In this document: piece by piece, positions 43,817 through 58,125 of the stretch | How positions within the stretch are numbered: the first letter of the stretch is position 1 | How the letters are laid out: each line of letters begins with the position of its first letter | Source of the DNA: the human T2T-CHM13v2.0 reference genome, Homo sapiens | DNA: 64,000 bases | NCBI RefSeq assembly: GCF_009914755.1 | Contig: NC_060928.1 | Strand: one strand, 5' to 3' | The notes under the pieces: generated by a model | The model's database searches: none | What the model was told of the DNA's origin: nothing | The model's input: the letters and a program-made list of their open reading frames with translations, nothing else | Made by a program: the position numbers and the translations under genes

Positions 43817-44607
43817 GTAAGGTGGCCGGCCTTGCGAAGGCGTGCGGGGCTGGCGCTGGTGGGAATGGCCCGGAAGGGAAGGGAGGCCGGGCGCCCGAAG
43901 GTGGCCCAGAAGGGCATGGACCCACCGCTCCTTCCCGTCTCTGGGCACTCGAGGATACCCGGGGGGTTGGCGGCTCCTGCGAGAGTCAGCGAGCATTTGC
44001 TCTGTGCCGGGCATCACAGGGGACGCGGACTGAGACCCAGACGGCCAGGTTCCGGGCCTGGGAGCCGGGCCTTCTCCCTGGTGCAGCTTCCTCGGCCTGG
44101 AAACCCCACCCGCGCCCTCTCATCTCCAGGCTTTGCCCGCTGGAAGCCAGCCCGGCCCGCCTCCGCTACGCGCTGCCCATCTCTCGGCTTCTGTTTCCTT
44201 CCACGCTGTAGTTGAGAGTAGCGCTTAAGACGACAGAGCCCACAGCCTAGCTCAGTTTCATTACGGTGTGGCCTCTTTGTGCCTCAGCCCCGCATCTGTA
44301 AAGCGAATGTCATAGCGGCACCTGCGTCCCTGGAACCTTGTCGTATTTCATGAGTTGGTGCATGTAAATCGCTTAGACTAGTGGCTGCCACTTAGTAAGT
44401 ACTCAATAAACGTTAGCTCTTCTCAGCCCTTAAAACAGGGTCTGGCACACAGTGGTGGTCACTAGGTGTTTGTTGCTTAAATGAATGAATGAAAGTTGAG
44501 TGGAGGATGCACAGAGTATTGTGAGAAACCTTCACTCCCAAGGTGTGTGTATATGGGTGATAAGGTTTCACTCTGAAAGTGAGCAGTGTTGGGCCTGGAA
44601 TAGAAGG

Positions 44608-44976
44608 TGTATTAGTTTGCTAGGACTGCAAACAAAATACTGGGTGGCTTAAACAACAGAAATTTATTATTTTCTCACAGTTCTGGAGGTTAGAAGTCCA
44701 AGATCAAGGTGTCTTCAGGTTTGGTTTCTTCTGAGACATTTCTCCTTGGCTTGCACGTGGCTGCTTTCTTGCTGTGTCCTCGCATGGTCTTTCCTCTGTG
44801 TTTTCACATCTCTGGCGTCTCTCTTTGCATCCAGATTTCCTCTTTATGAGAACGTCAGTCAGGTTGTATTAGGGCCCACCTTAATGGCCTCATTTTAACT
44901 TAATTACCTTCTTACAAGCCTGATCTCCAAATACAATCACATTCTGGAGTGCTGGGGGAACAGTTTAACCATAACA
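44608..44976 (-). mobile_element. Solo MaLR LTR, MLT1 family
   Basis: TGTATTAGTTTGCTAGG...ATAACA; perfect TSD GAAGG. Confidence 0.88.
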
Positions 44977-45297
44977 GAAGGAATTCACAGAAATGGACAA
45001 GGAGGGAAATACTTTCCAACAGAAGTGACAGAATGGCCAGGAGGCTTAAAAGCAGGGTGCTCAAGATGTTTTTTGTGTTCAGGGCACATATGTGTACTTC
45101 AGTCTTGTTTGTGCTCTCGTACTGTTTTTGGGTTTGGTTGTTGTTGTTTGTTTGTTTGTCCTCCTGAATACTCAAAGAAAGTGAGCCCTCTCATTTTTTT
45201 AGTCTGGCAAACTTAACTCACATTTCAGCATAGATGTGTCTTCCAGGAAGTTTTCCCTGACCCTCCCTCCCAAATTAATTTCTGCTTCCTCCATTTA

Positions 45298-45810
<513 letters not shown>

Positions 45811-46995
45811 TCATGAAGACATGGATGACCGTATCTGATGTGTTTGCCATCGTACCTTCAGTGCCTAGCGCATAATGGGCATTGTGTAAAGTTAAGTGAA
45901 TGATGGAAAACTGAGACACAGAGCCTGTGAAGAGTAGGGAACACATCTGTTCCGTTTGTCAGCATTCCATCCTCGCGACAATCTGTTGCACATGTTAGGC
46001 ACACAGTATCTGTTTAACCCAATTGGCCTTCCCAGTATGATAAGAGTCAGCATAAAGCTAAGACAAGATTCCAGGTTTGTTGCTTCAAGCCAGTGCTTTT
46101 ATGAGTAGGGTGGAGGTGAGGAGCTACAAGTAAGCCATTTGGAAAGTATGATGATGGGCAGACTCCTTAGGAGCCCTCTGAGGTAAGCTTGACTTTAAGG
46201 TGCGTGAACTGTGGGCCCTTGGAGAAGTAATCTATTAATGGCACTGCTGAAAAAACATCCACAAATTCTATCCAGTAGTATTTGACCTGTTGGTAGAATT
46301 GAGGGGCCTTTGCTCTAGGAGTCCTCTCTGCAGGTTGAAATTCCATTCTGGCTGTTGTTTTCTTTAGAAGCATTTCTTCATTCACATTGATCTAAACTTT
46401 TTCTTGTTTCTTTTCCCCCCATATTTTCATTTTTTGACGCCATTCATACCATCTTTCCACCATCACATTCCTTGTATAGATTTGTAGCTTTTAGAACTAG
46501 GAAAAAACCTCTAAAAGAGATCATCTAGTCCAATAGGGGACCTCTCCATTTTTATAGATGAAAAACTGAGGCCCAGAGTCTCATCCATCCAGAAATATGT
46601 ATTGAGTGCCTATTATGTCAAAGACACTCTGCTAGGCACCAGAGATACATTGTTCAATAAGACAGATGGAGTCCATGTCTTCACCACAGAAAATTTTTAC
46701 TGCTTGTCACTAGGTGAGTTAGTCGCAAAGATGGAAGAGAACCTTCTGCTCCTTCTGTCACGCTATAACACCTTGTGTAGCACATCTTAGTCCTGAATTG
46801 TGCAGTTCCTTAATGCAAAGCTTGTCTGTGGGATTACCTGGACAATCAGGCATAGGCAGTAGACTGAAGAGGCAGCTGATTCCGATCAAAGGAAACAGTG
46901 GTTATGAATGCGGCTTTGGTGTCAGATTCCCTGGCTCTGAATCCCACCTCTGTCCCTTATTACTTACCTATTTTTAGCTGTGTGACCATCTTCTC

Positions 46996-47469
46996 TGTAT
47001 ATGGTCAGGTTTTCTGTTGCTGTGTAACACTCTACCCCCAAATTTAGTGACTCAAAAACTATTTTATCTCATAATTCTGCAGGTTAGGTATTCAGGCAGG
47101 TGTCAGCTGAGAAATTCTTCAATTCTATGTGGTGTCAACTGGGATCACTCAGTGGCATTCAGTTGGAGGAGGGGCCAGCCTGGAGAGGTCAGGATGGCTT
47201 TCCTGGGAGCCAGCTGAACCCTTCTCTGTCTCCATGTGTTCTCTCTAGCTGGGCATCTTACAGGTGGCTCAGGCCTTCCATAGCCACTGTTCTGAAAGAT
47301 GGGAAGTGGAAGCTGTTAGCTCTTTAAAGGCCTGGGCCTGGGAAATGAGCACAGCTTTGTAGCACAGAATCTGATTAAGGCAGAGCCTGTGCAGGAGGGA
47401 AGGAGACCTAGACTCCACTACCCCATGGGAGAATCATCGGAGAATTTGTGGCCATCTTAAATCTGACAA
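46996..47469 (-). mobile_element. Old MLT1-family LTR inserted in a MIR
   Basis: Degenerate MLT1 motifs; MIR halves on both sides. Confidence 0.6.
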
Positions 47470-47673
47470 ATTCCTCATTGTCCTCACCTGTAAAATGTGG
47501 ATAATAGTAGCACCTATCTTATGGTAAATGAGTTAATAAGTGTAAAGGGCTTAGAATAGTGCCTGGCATCTAGGAAACATAAGTATTTGTCATAATCATT
47601 ACTATTATTAGGTATAAGATACATTTTTGTTTATAATTGACAGAACACATAAGAAATGTAAGATACAATTTTT

Positions 47674-47763
47674 TTTCCAGACCTTTTTATAACCTCATTG
47701 GGGTTTCCAGACCTTTTAATAACCTTATTGGGGTTTCCAGACCTTTTTATAACCTTACTGGGG
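47674..47763. repeat. 30-bp x3 minisatellite TTTCCAGACCTTTTTATAACCTTATTGGGG
   Basis: Units start at 47674, 47704 and 47734. Confidence 0.95.
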
Positions 47764-47812
47764 AGGTACAGGATTGACATCATGAAGTAATTTAGAGAAC
47801 TATACAAAATGA

Positions 47813-48118
<306 letters not shown>

Positions 48119-48334
48119 TCTAATTCCTATAGTAAAAGTAAATTGTGTAACAGTTAATAACTGCCTAGCATCATAACTCTGGGGGTCATTCCAAATAACT
48201 TTTTCCTTTATCACTTCTATAGAGCTAGAAAATGTCTAATTTTCTAATTAGACATTTACCTAATATACCTAGACATTTACATTTGTATAATTAGACATTT
48301 TTACCTAATTTTAACAGGTCTGTGGAGGAGGGTT

Positions 48335-48337
<3 letters not shown>

Positions 48338-48378
<41 letters not shown>
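48338..48378. repeat. (GT)n microsatellite
   Basis: Direct observation. Confidence 0.97.
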
Positions 48379-48380
<2 letters not shown>

Positions 48381-48579
48381 AATGTCTTTTTTCCCGTGGG
48401 CGATAGCATAGCATAAAAGCATAGACTCCAGTGTTTGGGGGCCAGGATTCAAATCCTGCCTTTGGCACATAATAGTTGTATGATCTTGGATAAGTGACTT
48501 AAAGTCTCCATATCTTAATTGTTTCTCTTGTGAATGGTGGTAATTGGGTTCTTAGAGACTTGCTTCAGTTAATGGATGT

Positions 48580-48943
48580 TGTATTAATCCATTATCACAC
48601 TGCTATAAAGTTGCTACCTGAGACTGAGTAATTTATAAAGGAAAGAGGTTTAACTGACTCACAGTTCTTCATTGCTGAGGAGGCCTTGGGAAACTTAAAA
48701 TCATGGCAGAAGGCGAAGGGGAAGCAAGGCACATCTTACATGGCAGCAGGGGAGAGAGAACCGGGTGGGGGGAGCAGGGACTGCCAAACATTTTTAAACC
48801 ATCAGATCTACTGAGAACTCACTCACTATCACAAGAACAGCATGGGGGAAACTGCTCCCATGATCCAGTCACCTCCCAACAGGTCCCTCCCCTGACATGT
48901 GGGGATTATAATTTGGATGAGAACACAGAGCCAAGCCATATCA
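48580..48943 (-). mobile_element. Solo MaLR LTR, MST family
   Basis: TGTATTAATCC...CCATATCA; TSD GATGT/GATAT. Confidence 0.88.
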
Positions 48944-49757
48944 GATATGATATGCTTAGCACAGGTCTGTGGTAAATAGTCAGTAAATGATAGTTTAAAA
49001 GAATGATAAACTTAGAAGCCTTTTCAGGCAACCAGCTTGGCAGGGGTGGGTAACTGATTACTCACTTGGCTGTTACTAGCCTTGAGGATTCAGCACTGGG
49101 AACAGTGTTCGCCGCCTACCATCGTGCCTTTCTTTCTGTACTCTCTTTTGGGGCAGTACCTCAGTGTTGCTCTTTGTCCCAGTTTTCTCTGAGTCTCACT
49201 TTGATCTCAAACCAGGAGATCTCAAACCAGGAGATCATGCCAATACCCCAAACCCTACACGTTAGAAACAAAGCTTTCCATAAAGAGATGAGGGGAATCA
49301 GAATAAGGTCTCGATTTGATAGGTGAGGTGATGGGGGATGAAATTTAGAGATTCTACATTGAAGGGGCATGCCATTGAAGAAGTTTAGCAGAGAGTTGGA
49401 GATTAGAACTGGTAGCTGAAGCTAAAGTTTCAAATTTAGGAATTGTGTTAGAACATGTAAAAGCCAAGAATGAAAGTGATTGTCAAGGGAAAGAGGAGAG
49501 GGCTATGGTGCTGCACCTTAAGGAACATCAATGTTTGCAAGGCTTGAGGGAGACAGGTACAGGATAGGGATGGGACAGATCAGGGACATAGGAAGAGAAC
49601 CAGAAGAGTTCTGGGACAGGAGGGATTTCAGGATGGGAGTTGGCAGACCACATTGCCATGTGTGGCAGGAAAGCTGGAGAGGATGGTTGAGGACTGAGGA
49701 AAAGTCACTGTCGGGAAAGTCTGTTTCAGTGGAGTGAGTGGCAGCAAGGTTGCAAGG

Positions 49758-50126
49758 TGATATATGGTTTGACTGTGTCACCACCCAAATCTCATTTTGA
49801 ATTGTAACTCCCACAATCCCTGCATGTCATGGGAGGAACCTGGTGGGAGGTGATTGAATTATGGGGGTGGGTCTTTCCCACGCTGTTCTCATGACAGTGA
49901 ATGAGATCTGATAGTTTTAAAAACGGGAGTTTCCCTGCACAAGCGCTCTCTTTGCCTGCTGCCATCCATGTAGGACATGACTTGCTCCTCCTTGCCTTTC
50001 ACCTTCTGCCAAGATTGTGAGGCCTCTCCAGGCATGTGGAACTGTAAGTCTAATAAACCTCTTTCTTTTGTAAATTGCCCAGTCTTGGGTATGTCCTTAT
50101 CAGCAGCATGAAAACGGACTAATACA
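49758..50126 (+). mobile_element. Solo MaLR LTR, THE1 family (THE1C/D-like), sense to ZBTB49
   Basis: TGATATATGGTTTG...CTAATACA; perfect TSD CAAGG. Confidence 0.92.
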
Positions 50127-50470
50127 CAAGGTGAGAAAGGAGTCATGAGAAAGTAAAGTGGGGCATGTAGATAGCTATTTTGAAAAGTATGAAAGAGAGA
50201 CCTGTGATGACTAGAGGAACCTAGGGGGAGGGCTTTGTCGTTACCCTGTTTTGCTTTGTTTTCAACATGGGGCAATGTCAGTGTGTTTGTGTGGAGGAGC
50301 CACCAAAGGACAGGGTGAAGCAATGAAAGCTTCGCTGATGGAACCAGGTTCTAGGGGAGGCAGGAAGGCTCAAGGGGAGAGGGAAGGTTCATCTTGGGAA
50401 GGAGGAGGCATGTTTCATCCCATGAAGCCTAAGGGAATGAGGGAGGGGTGAGTGGGAAATTTGGAACTGA

Positions 50471-50831
<361 letters not shown>

Positions 50832-50964
50832 GGGTTCAGCCTTCTTAGTGAAGTTTAAGTCACAGCCATTTTTATGAGTGAGGGAAAGAGACGTGATGGG
50901 AATGAAGACACTGGGAAGATCACAGAGGAGCAACCCCAAACCCAGAGCGGGTTAAGAATCATGG

Positions 50965-51254
50965 GGCTGGGTGCAGTGGCTCATGCCTTTAATCCCAGCA
51001 CTTTGGGAGGCTGAGGTAGGCAGATTGCTTAAGCCCAGGAGTTCAAGGCCAGCCTGGGCAATGTAGCAAAACCCCATCTCTGCAAAAAATTTTTTAAATT
51101 AGCCAGGTATGGTGGCACATGCCTGTAGTCACAGTTGTGGTGGGAGGATCACCTGAGCCCAGGAGGTTAAGACTGCAGTGGGCTCTAATCACATCACTGC
51201 ACTGTAGCCTGGGTGGCAGAGCTAGATCCTGTTTCAAAAAAAAAAAAAAAAAAG
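50965..51254 (+). mobile_element. Alu (J)
   Basis: Alu consensus. Confidence 0.92.
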
Positions 51255-51879
51255 AATGGTGGGAAAGTAGGTGACAGCTCACCTAAGCCCTGATCTGGAA
51301 GGTGGGAGGGTCAGGTATAAGTAAAGTATTCTCAGGACAGAACCAAAGGCTTTCAGAGGAGAGCGCAGGCAGAGATCTGCAGTCCGCCTGCTCAGAATCA
51401 CCGGAATGCCTGTGATGCGGTTACCAGGCTCCCCTGTAGACTGACAGAACAAAACCCTGGGATGTACCCAGGAATCTGCATTTTTAACAAGCTCCCCAGG
51501 TGATCCTTACGGATTATTACAGAATCCTTCCATATGCCAGATACTAGTCTAAATGTTTACACAGGTAACCACAATAACCTGTGAGATAGGGTGAGGACAG
51601 TGGGTCACAGAGAAGTCATTTGCCCAAAGTCATATAGCCAGTGAGTGGTGGAACTAGGTCTCCAACCCACTGGCCAAGAACATAGGTGGTTTGGGGAGCT
51701 GCTAGTAGTTCACTTTGGCTGCCACATACTTGGAGTAATGGGAGATAAGTCTAAGTGAGAAGTAAGGGGTGTGTTGAAAAGCTTAGATTTGGGATTAGTA
51801 TTGTAGTGACTTTTTCAGCCATGCTTGAGTACTGAGAATGAAGGCAAAAAAAGCAGATGATGCCTTTTTAGATTTTTAG

Positions 51880-52190
<311 letters not shown>

Positions 52191-53039
52191 GCAGACTGCC
52201 TAACCTTCATAGTCTTGTCCCAAACTGGTTCCATTTCTTCCAACTATTTCTCTTCCATAAATCATCCCCTACTAGACTGCGCCCTAGACATCCAAGACCG
52301 TGGCTTACTGGCCTGTGTATACCAGTGTCTAGCTCTTAACTGTTTTGTTTAGTCGTGCATCAGGCACTTTCGTGTGTGTGTTTCCCTCACTAGAATTTCA
52401 GCTGCATGAGAGTGGCGACCTGGCGTGTTTTGTTCATTGCTGTGACCCTACAGCCTGGCACACAGTAGTCAGTTGGAGAACAGAGGCTGAAGGTTGAAGC
52501 TTGCAGTGTCTACACAATGGCTTCCCATCTCATTTGGAATCAGAGTCAGGGTTCATAACAAGTCCCGCAGGCCTGGGCATGACCTGACCCTCTGTCCCCT
52601 CTAGGATGTCATCTCCTGCCACTCACTCAGCCACACCTGAGCCCAGCAAGCTCCTGCCTCAGAGACTTGGTGCTTGCTGTTCTTTCTGGCCCAGGTACCT
52701 GCACAGCTCCTTCCCTTCCTTCAGGCATCTGACCAAGTAGCCTCTTAGGGAGGCACAAAGGCACGAGTGAGGGGACCTGCTTCTTTGCGATGTCTCTTAT
52801 ATCATTGTCTGGTGATGTTAGGTATTTTGACCTGTACCTTATCTCCCAAAATAGGCTCCTAATTTCCCCGACTTCTAATTCAGTGACCTGTGTACAGGTG
52901 TTTGATAAATATGGATTTGATCTTAACCAGCTGGCTTTTCTTTCACCTTATACATTTTTATGTATGTGTATATTATTTTAATTTTTATTTGACATATTCC
53001 TAAGTAGATACCGAGAAGTACATACAATATTAACATGGT

Positions 53040-53220
53040 CATATTCTAGATTTGTACTGTTTAAATTCTGTGGCTTTTAAAATATAAATTACAATTTCAA
53101 TCCCTCAGCCACATTTCAAGTTCTCAGTGACCATGTGTGGCCAGTGGCTACTGTATTGAGCAGTGCAGATAGAGAGCATTTCCATCATGACAGGTAATTC
53201 TGTTGAACAGCAGCGGTCTA
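53040..53220. mobile_element. hAT-Charlie MITE (MER3/MER33-like)
   Basis: GCCACATTTCAAGTTCTCAGTGACCATGTGTGGCCAGTGGCTACTGTATTG core. Confidence 0.65.
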
Positions 53221-53236
53221 GATGCCTCAGAAACAG

Positions 53237-53238
<2 letters not shown>

Positions 53239-53280
<42 letters not shown>
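53239..53280. repeat. (GT)17(GA)n microsatellite
   Basis: Direct observation. Confidence 0.97.
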
Positions 53281-53407
53281 AACTGTGATGAGAGAGTGAA
53301 GCACAGATCAATCAGTAAGTTTCAGTCCCATTTAGTTTCCAGTGAGGTCCTTAAGAATATCTGTCGTATCTGTGATTTTTTGCTGTAGGTCACCTGAATG
53401 GTTGAGC

Positions 53408-53559
53408 ATGGACCCTGTTGCTACCCACAGCTGCCATCTGCTCCAGCAACTGCATGAGCAGCGAATCCAAGGCCTGCTTTGTGACTGTATGTTGGTGGTA
53501 AAAGGAGTCTGCTTTAAAGCGCATAAGAATGTCCTGGCAGCATTCAGCCAGTATTTTAG
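53408..53559 (+). CDS. ZBTB49: ZBTB49 exon 2 CDS (exon begins 53389): N-terminal half of the BTB/POZ domain, [50 protein letters not shown]
   Basis: BTB motif CD...F.AHK.VLAA.S.YF; acceptor tgctgTAG; donor AG|GTGGGT; 152 nt. Confidence 0.97.
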
Positions 53560-54104
53560 GTGGGTATTTTAGACTTCATTCTCCTAGCTGTGAATTAAGG
53601 GTAAAGCTCTTTTAGTATGGAAGTATTCATATTTTGTTCTCCTTGGATTTCACTATCTTTATCTTTTATAGCACATTGGATTTTGTAGGAGTTGTTTTAA
53701 TTTTTAAGTTTGTTAACCATTTTTATTATTTTTGCTTTTGTGTTTAGAGTAACCTGAAAAGAAAAGAGGCTCTTAAGTAAAATGAATTTGGGATGATTGA
53801 AAGTATTTTGGTTGTTTGTCTTTCATTTTACTAATTCTGGCTAATGTCAGTCTTCTACATATATTTCTTATCCTTTCAAGATAAAATGATGGAGGAATTA
53901 AGTTCCCGGTCAGAATTTTTCTGTGATAAGAAATCAGGGGAAAAACATATTTGGTGTTGGATTTTTCTTTTCTTTTTTTTCTTAATTAAAGCATTTTAGT
54001 TTTTGTTTCTCATTTGAATATTCTAAGAAAACCTTATAATCATTTTGGCTTATATGAAATATTTATTTATAAATAATAATACTAAGAAGTTGTGTTTCAG
54101 CTTA

Positions 54105-54260
<156 letters not shown>

Positions 54261-55450
54261 TGTTAGAGTTAAGTGATTCTGCATAAGTTCATTTTGTTGT
54301 TAGCAGGTTTCTCTCTCTTTAAATACAAAGTCTTTTTTTTTTAAAGTACTTTTTGTTTCCAAAATGCATACCGTTTTACTGCTCTAGTAGACAACGTGGG
54401 ACATGATTTGCTCTTTCCTTGATAATCCTGAATCATCAAATTGAGTCTCAGTTATTGTATAGACCACATTACACATTGTAATGAATCAGCTTCTTAAGGT
54501 AGGTAGCAGGTTTTGTTCCTAGGAAAAATGGTCGCAAACTCTTGGGTTTGCTATCACCTGTTTTTTCTGTCTTCCCAGGACAGTTAAATTTTGATATTGT
54601 GATACACAGGCTGTTTTGCGCTTAAAAACAGAACTGAAGGCTGTTTGGGGGAAATAGGTGATTGTATTTGACAAAATGTCTTCAACTTACTTACCTGAGC
54701 TTATTATTTCATACATAATACAAATTTGTTCACCTGTGACCTTGGCTTGTACCCAGAATAAAGTGCCTGGGCTTTAGAGTGCATTTTGGTCTTCACTAAC
54801 TCTTAGGGTTTTTCTCACTGTTGGTTTTTGAACCACTGGCTGGCTGAAAAACCTAACAGCCAAATAAATTACTGGTTACAAAGGAATGTATGTGGAGGGT
54901 TGGTTTATTCTAGCTATTTTTTTTTAAGTTTTCTAGGCACTTAGATGTGGAAATATTTGTGTATATGGTTTATGGCCTAAAATATAATACTTGTCAGACT
55001 ATGAAATAGTGAAAAGTATATATTATTTAATTTTGTGTACTCTATTAGTATGTATTTAATATATATGGATAATTACCTTTCGAAAAAATATTTAGAGCAA
55101 TCTTTTATTTCTTAGATCATATTGGGAATTATCTTAGAAACTTCTTGATTTGTGGTTTATCAGTCATATAAATGTATGTAATTTTTTATTGTGTAAATTT
55201 GAGTATATTTCAAAATTTACTTTGAGATATATTTTGAAGTCTGCATACCCAATCCACCAATTTAATTCATCTGAATTATTTAGTTGGATGGTTTGCCAGG
55301 TTGTTTTAAAGGATTAAAATGTACTTATGTTAAAAGTTTTGACATTCACAGAAGGATAGTATTTTTTAATATTAATATATGAATGTTATTTATAAGAAAA
55401 AGATGGTGTGAATTTTTGGCACTGTAAACAGATATTCTTTCTTTTACCAG

Positions 55451-56553
55451 GAGCCTCTTTCAGAATTCTTCAAGCCAGAAGAATGATGTTTTTCACTTGG
55501 ATGTTAAAAATGTCAGTGGCATAGGGCAGATCCTGGACTTCATGTACACTTCTCATCTAGATCTTAACCAGGACAATATACAAGTAATGCTGGACACAGC
55601 ACAGTGTTTGCAAGTTCAAAATGTTCTGAGTCTGTGTCACACATTTTTAAAATCAGCCACTGTAGTACAGCCACCTGGCATGCCTTGTAATAGTACATTG
55701 TCTCTACAAAGCACCCTGACCCCAGATGCCACTTGTGTTATCAGTGAAAACTACCCCCCTCATTTACTGCAGGAATGTTCAGCAGATGCACAGCAGAACA
55801 AAACGTTGGATGAATCGCATCCGCATGCTTCACCATCAGTTAATCGTCATCACTCCGCAGGTGAAATCTCAAAACAAGCTCCTGATACTTCAGATGGCAG
55901 CTGCACAGAACTGCCTTTCAAACAGCCAAATTACTATTACAAACTCAGAAACTTTTACAGTAAGCAGTACCATAAACACGCAGCTGGTCCCAGTCAGGAG
56001 AGAGTTGTTGAGCAGCCTTTTGCTTTCAGCACCTCTACAGACCTTACCACGGTAGAGAGCCAGCCTTGTGCCGTCAGTCATTCTGAATGCATCCTGGAGT
56101 CTCCCGAGCACTTACCTTCCAACTTCCTGGCCCAGCCTGTGAATGACTCTGCCCCACACCCTGAGTCAGACGCCACATGCCAACAACCTGTCAAGCAGAT
56201 GAGGCTCAAAAAGGCCATTCATCTGAAGAAGCTCAATTTCCTGAAGTCACAGAAATACGCAGAGCAAGTATCTGAACCCAAGTCAGATGATGGTTTGACA
56301 AAGAGGTTGGAATCTGCTAGTAAAAATACCCTAGAGAAAGCTAGCAGCCAAAGTGCTGAAGAAAAAGAAAGTGAAGAAGTCGTCAGTTGTGAGAATTTTA
56401 ATTGCATTAGTGAGACGGAGAGGCCTGAAGACCCGGCTGCCCTGGAAGACCAGTCCCAGACACTTCAGTCCCAGAGACAATACGCGTGTGAATTATGCGG
56501 GAAACCTTTTAAACACCCAAGCAACTTGGAGCTTCACAAACGGTCTCATACAG
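55451..56553 (+). CDS. ZBTB49: ZBTB49 exon 3: rest of BTB, linker and first C2H2 finger (YACELCGKPFKHPSNLELHKRSHT)
   Basis: 1103 nt; acceptor cttttacCAG; donor CAG|GTAACT; matches ORF 55497..56561. Confidence 0.97.
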
Positions 56554-57185
56554 GTAACTGATTCAGTACCCACAGGCAGAAGGGAAGGACGTAATGCGGA
56601 TGCTCAGACACCACTGGCTCTTCTTGTTTTTGTAAGAAGTTTTGCTGTTGTTTGATGTCATTGATGATTTTAAACAAAATAAGGGGGATTAACTACTTTT
56701 TGTTTTATATTTTTGGTGATGCATCTGACTTAAAGTTTTGTAAATGGTTTTATAAAGTCACTTTAAAAAGGTGCATACTTTTAATTTTTATTTCAACTAC
56801 ATTTTTATATGACAAGCCATCTGTCTCTAAAGAAAGTATAGTAATTTTGGTGCACCCAGAATTTCAAATTAATTCTAAAATGGATAAGCTATATTTAGTT
56901 GTCTTTTTAGAATTAGATTAAGCTTATTTTTTGAAAGCATCATATAGGTTAATTTAGACTAACCTAATATACTTTGAATGATTCTACAAGTTCTCTTGGA
57001 AGGAATTTGAGTGTCTAATTTTTAAAATTCTAATTTGGGAGTCAGGAAGTAAACTTTTTAATAAGAATCAGCTTTAACCATTTGATATTCTCAAAAGAAA
57101 ATTCTTCCAATTTAAACATTGAATTTTCAAAGTTTTGTTATCTTAATTCATGCCTCTTTCTCTTTCCCAAAAGATTTTTTTAAGG

Positions 57186-57188
<3 letters not shown>

Positions 57189-57233
<45 letters not shown>

Positions 57234-57272
57234 CTCTCTCTCTCTCTATATATATATCTCCACACACACACA
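57189..57272. repeat. Compound (TC)n(TG)n(TC)n(TA)n(CA)n microsatellite
   Basis: Direct observation. Confidence 0.95.
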
Positions 57273-57686
57273 TTATGTTATACAATACATATATATTACT
57301 TTTCTTCCTATAATTAAACATGAGTTTAATAGCACATTACAGATGAACAACAATTACCTTATAGGCATGAGAAGTAACATGCAACAGGATGCTTCCACAG
57401 CAGCTGCTTTTACGGTGTTTGTGTAATTGTGTTTGTTGATGTGACCTTCTGTTATCACTATGGATTCACAGTTTGCATTTTACGACCTTGTATTATTGGG
57501 AGATTTCTTTGATAATTGTGAAGGCCCTTTATACATTTTAGTGCATTTGAATATAAAGTACTGTTATTATCACTAGTAGTTCAAAATTATTCCACGTGAA
57601 GGCAATATCACAGACTTAGTTTTGCCCTGAAAAAACTTTAGATGATTCTGTTTGCCTAAATCTCCTACAGCCTAATGATTACTGCA

Positions 57687-58001
<315 letters not shown>

Positions 58002-58125
58002 TGAAACTTACCTGCTTAGCTTTTAAAGGAATCAAAAATTGTTTATTCTGGGAGAACCTCTTTGAATGACAGATACAGTCATGGCAAAGATGCTTACTGG
58101 CACATAAATATTCTACCGAGAAGGG

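Larger units (their letters stand above)
43400..44200. promoter_or_regulatory. Bidirectional CpG-island promoter for LYAR (-) and ZBTB49 (+)
   Basis: CpG-rich; NRF1-like GCGCCTGCGC 43631-43640; Sp/KLF GGCCACGCCCCC 43646-43657; GGAAGTGACG 43664-43673; further ETS cores 43678-43700; divergent splice donors on both sides. Confidence 0.9.

Noticed and set aside
43398-44215. Cluster of 100-163 aa ORFs on both strands
   Set aside because: Expected from stop-codon scarcity in a GC-rich CpG island; they cross the exon-1 donors and show no recognisable domain.
47674-47763. 30-bp repeats (and the 86-bp pair at 39877) as a CRISPR-like array
   Set aside because: Units are contiguous with no unique spacers, there are no cas genes, and the context is eukaryotic.
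49203-49236. 15-bp tandem duplication GATCTCAAACCAGGA, also a 24-bp pair at ~62777-62822 and TAGACATTT motifs at ~48230-48310
   Set aside because: Ordinary slippage-type micro-duplications with no associated signal.
55726-56055. 109-aa alternative-frame ORF inside ZBTB49 exon 3
   Set aside because: Shadow ORF of a real CDS with no accessible start context.
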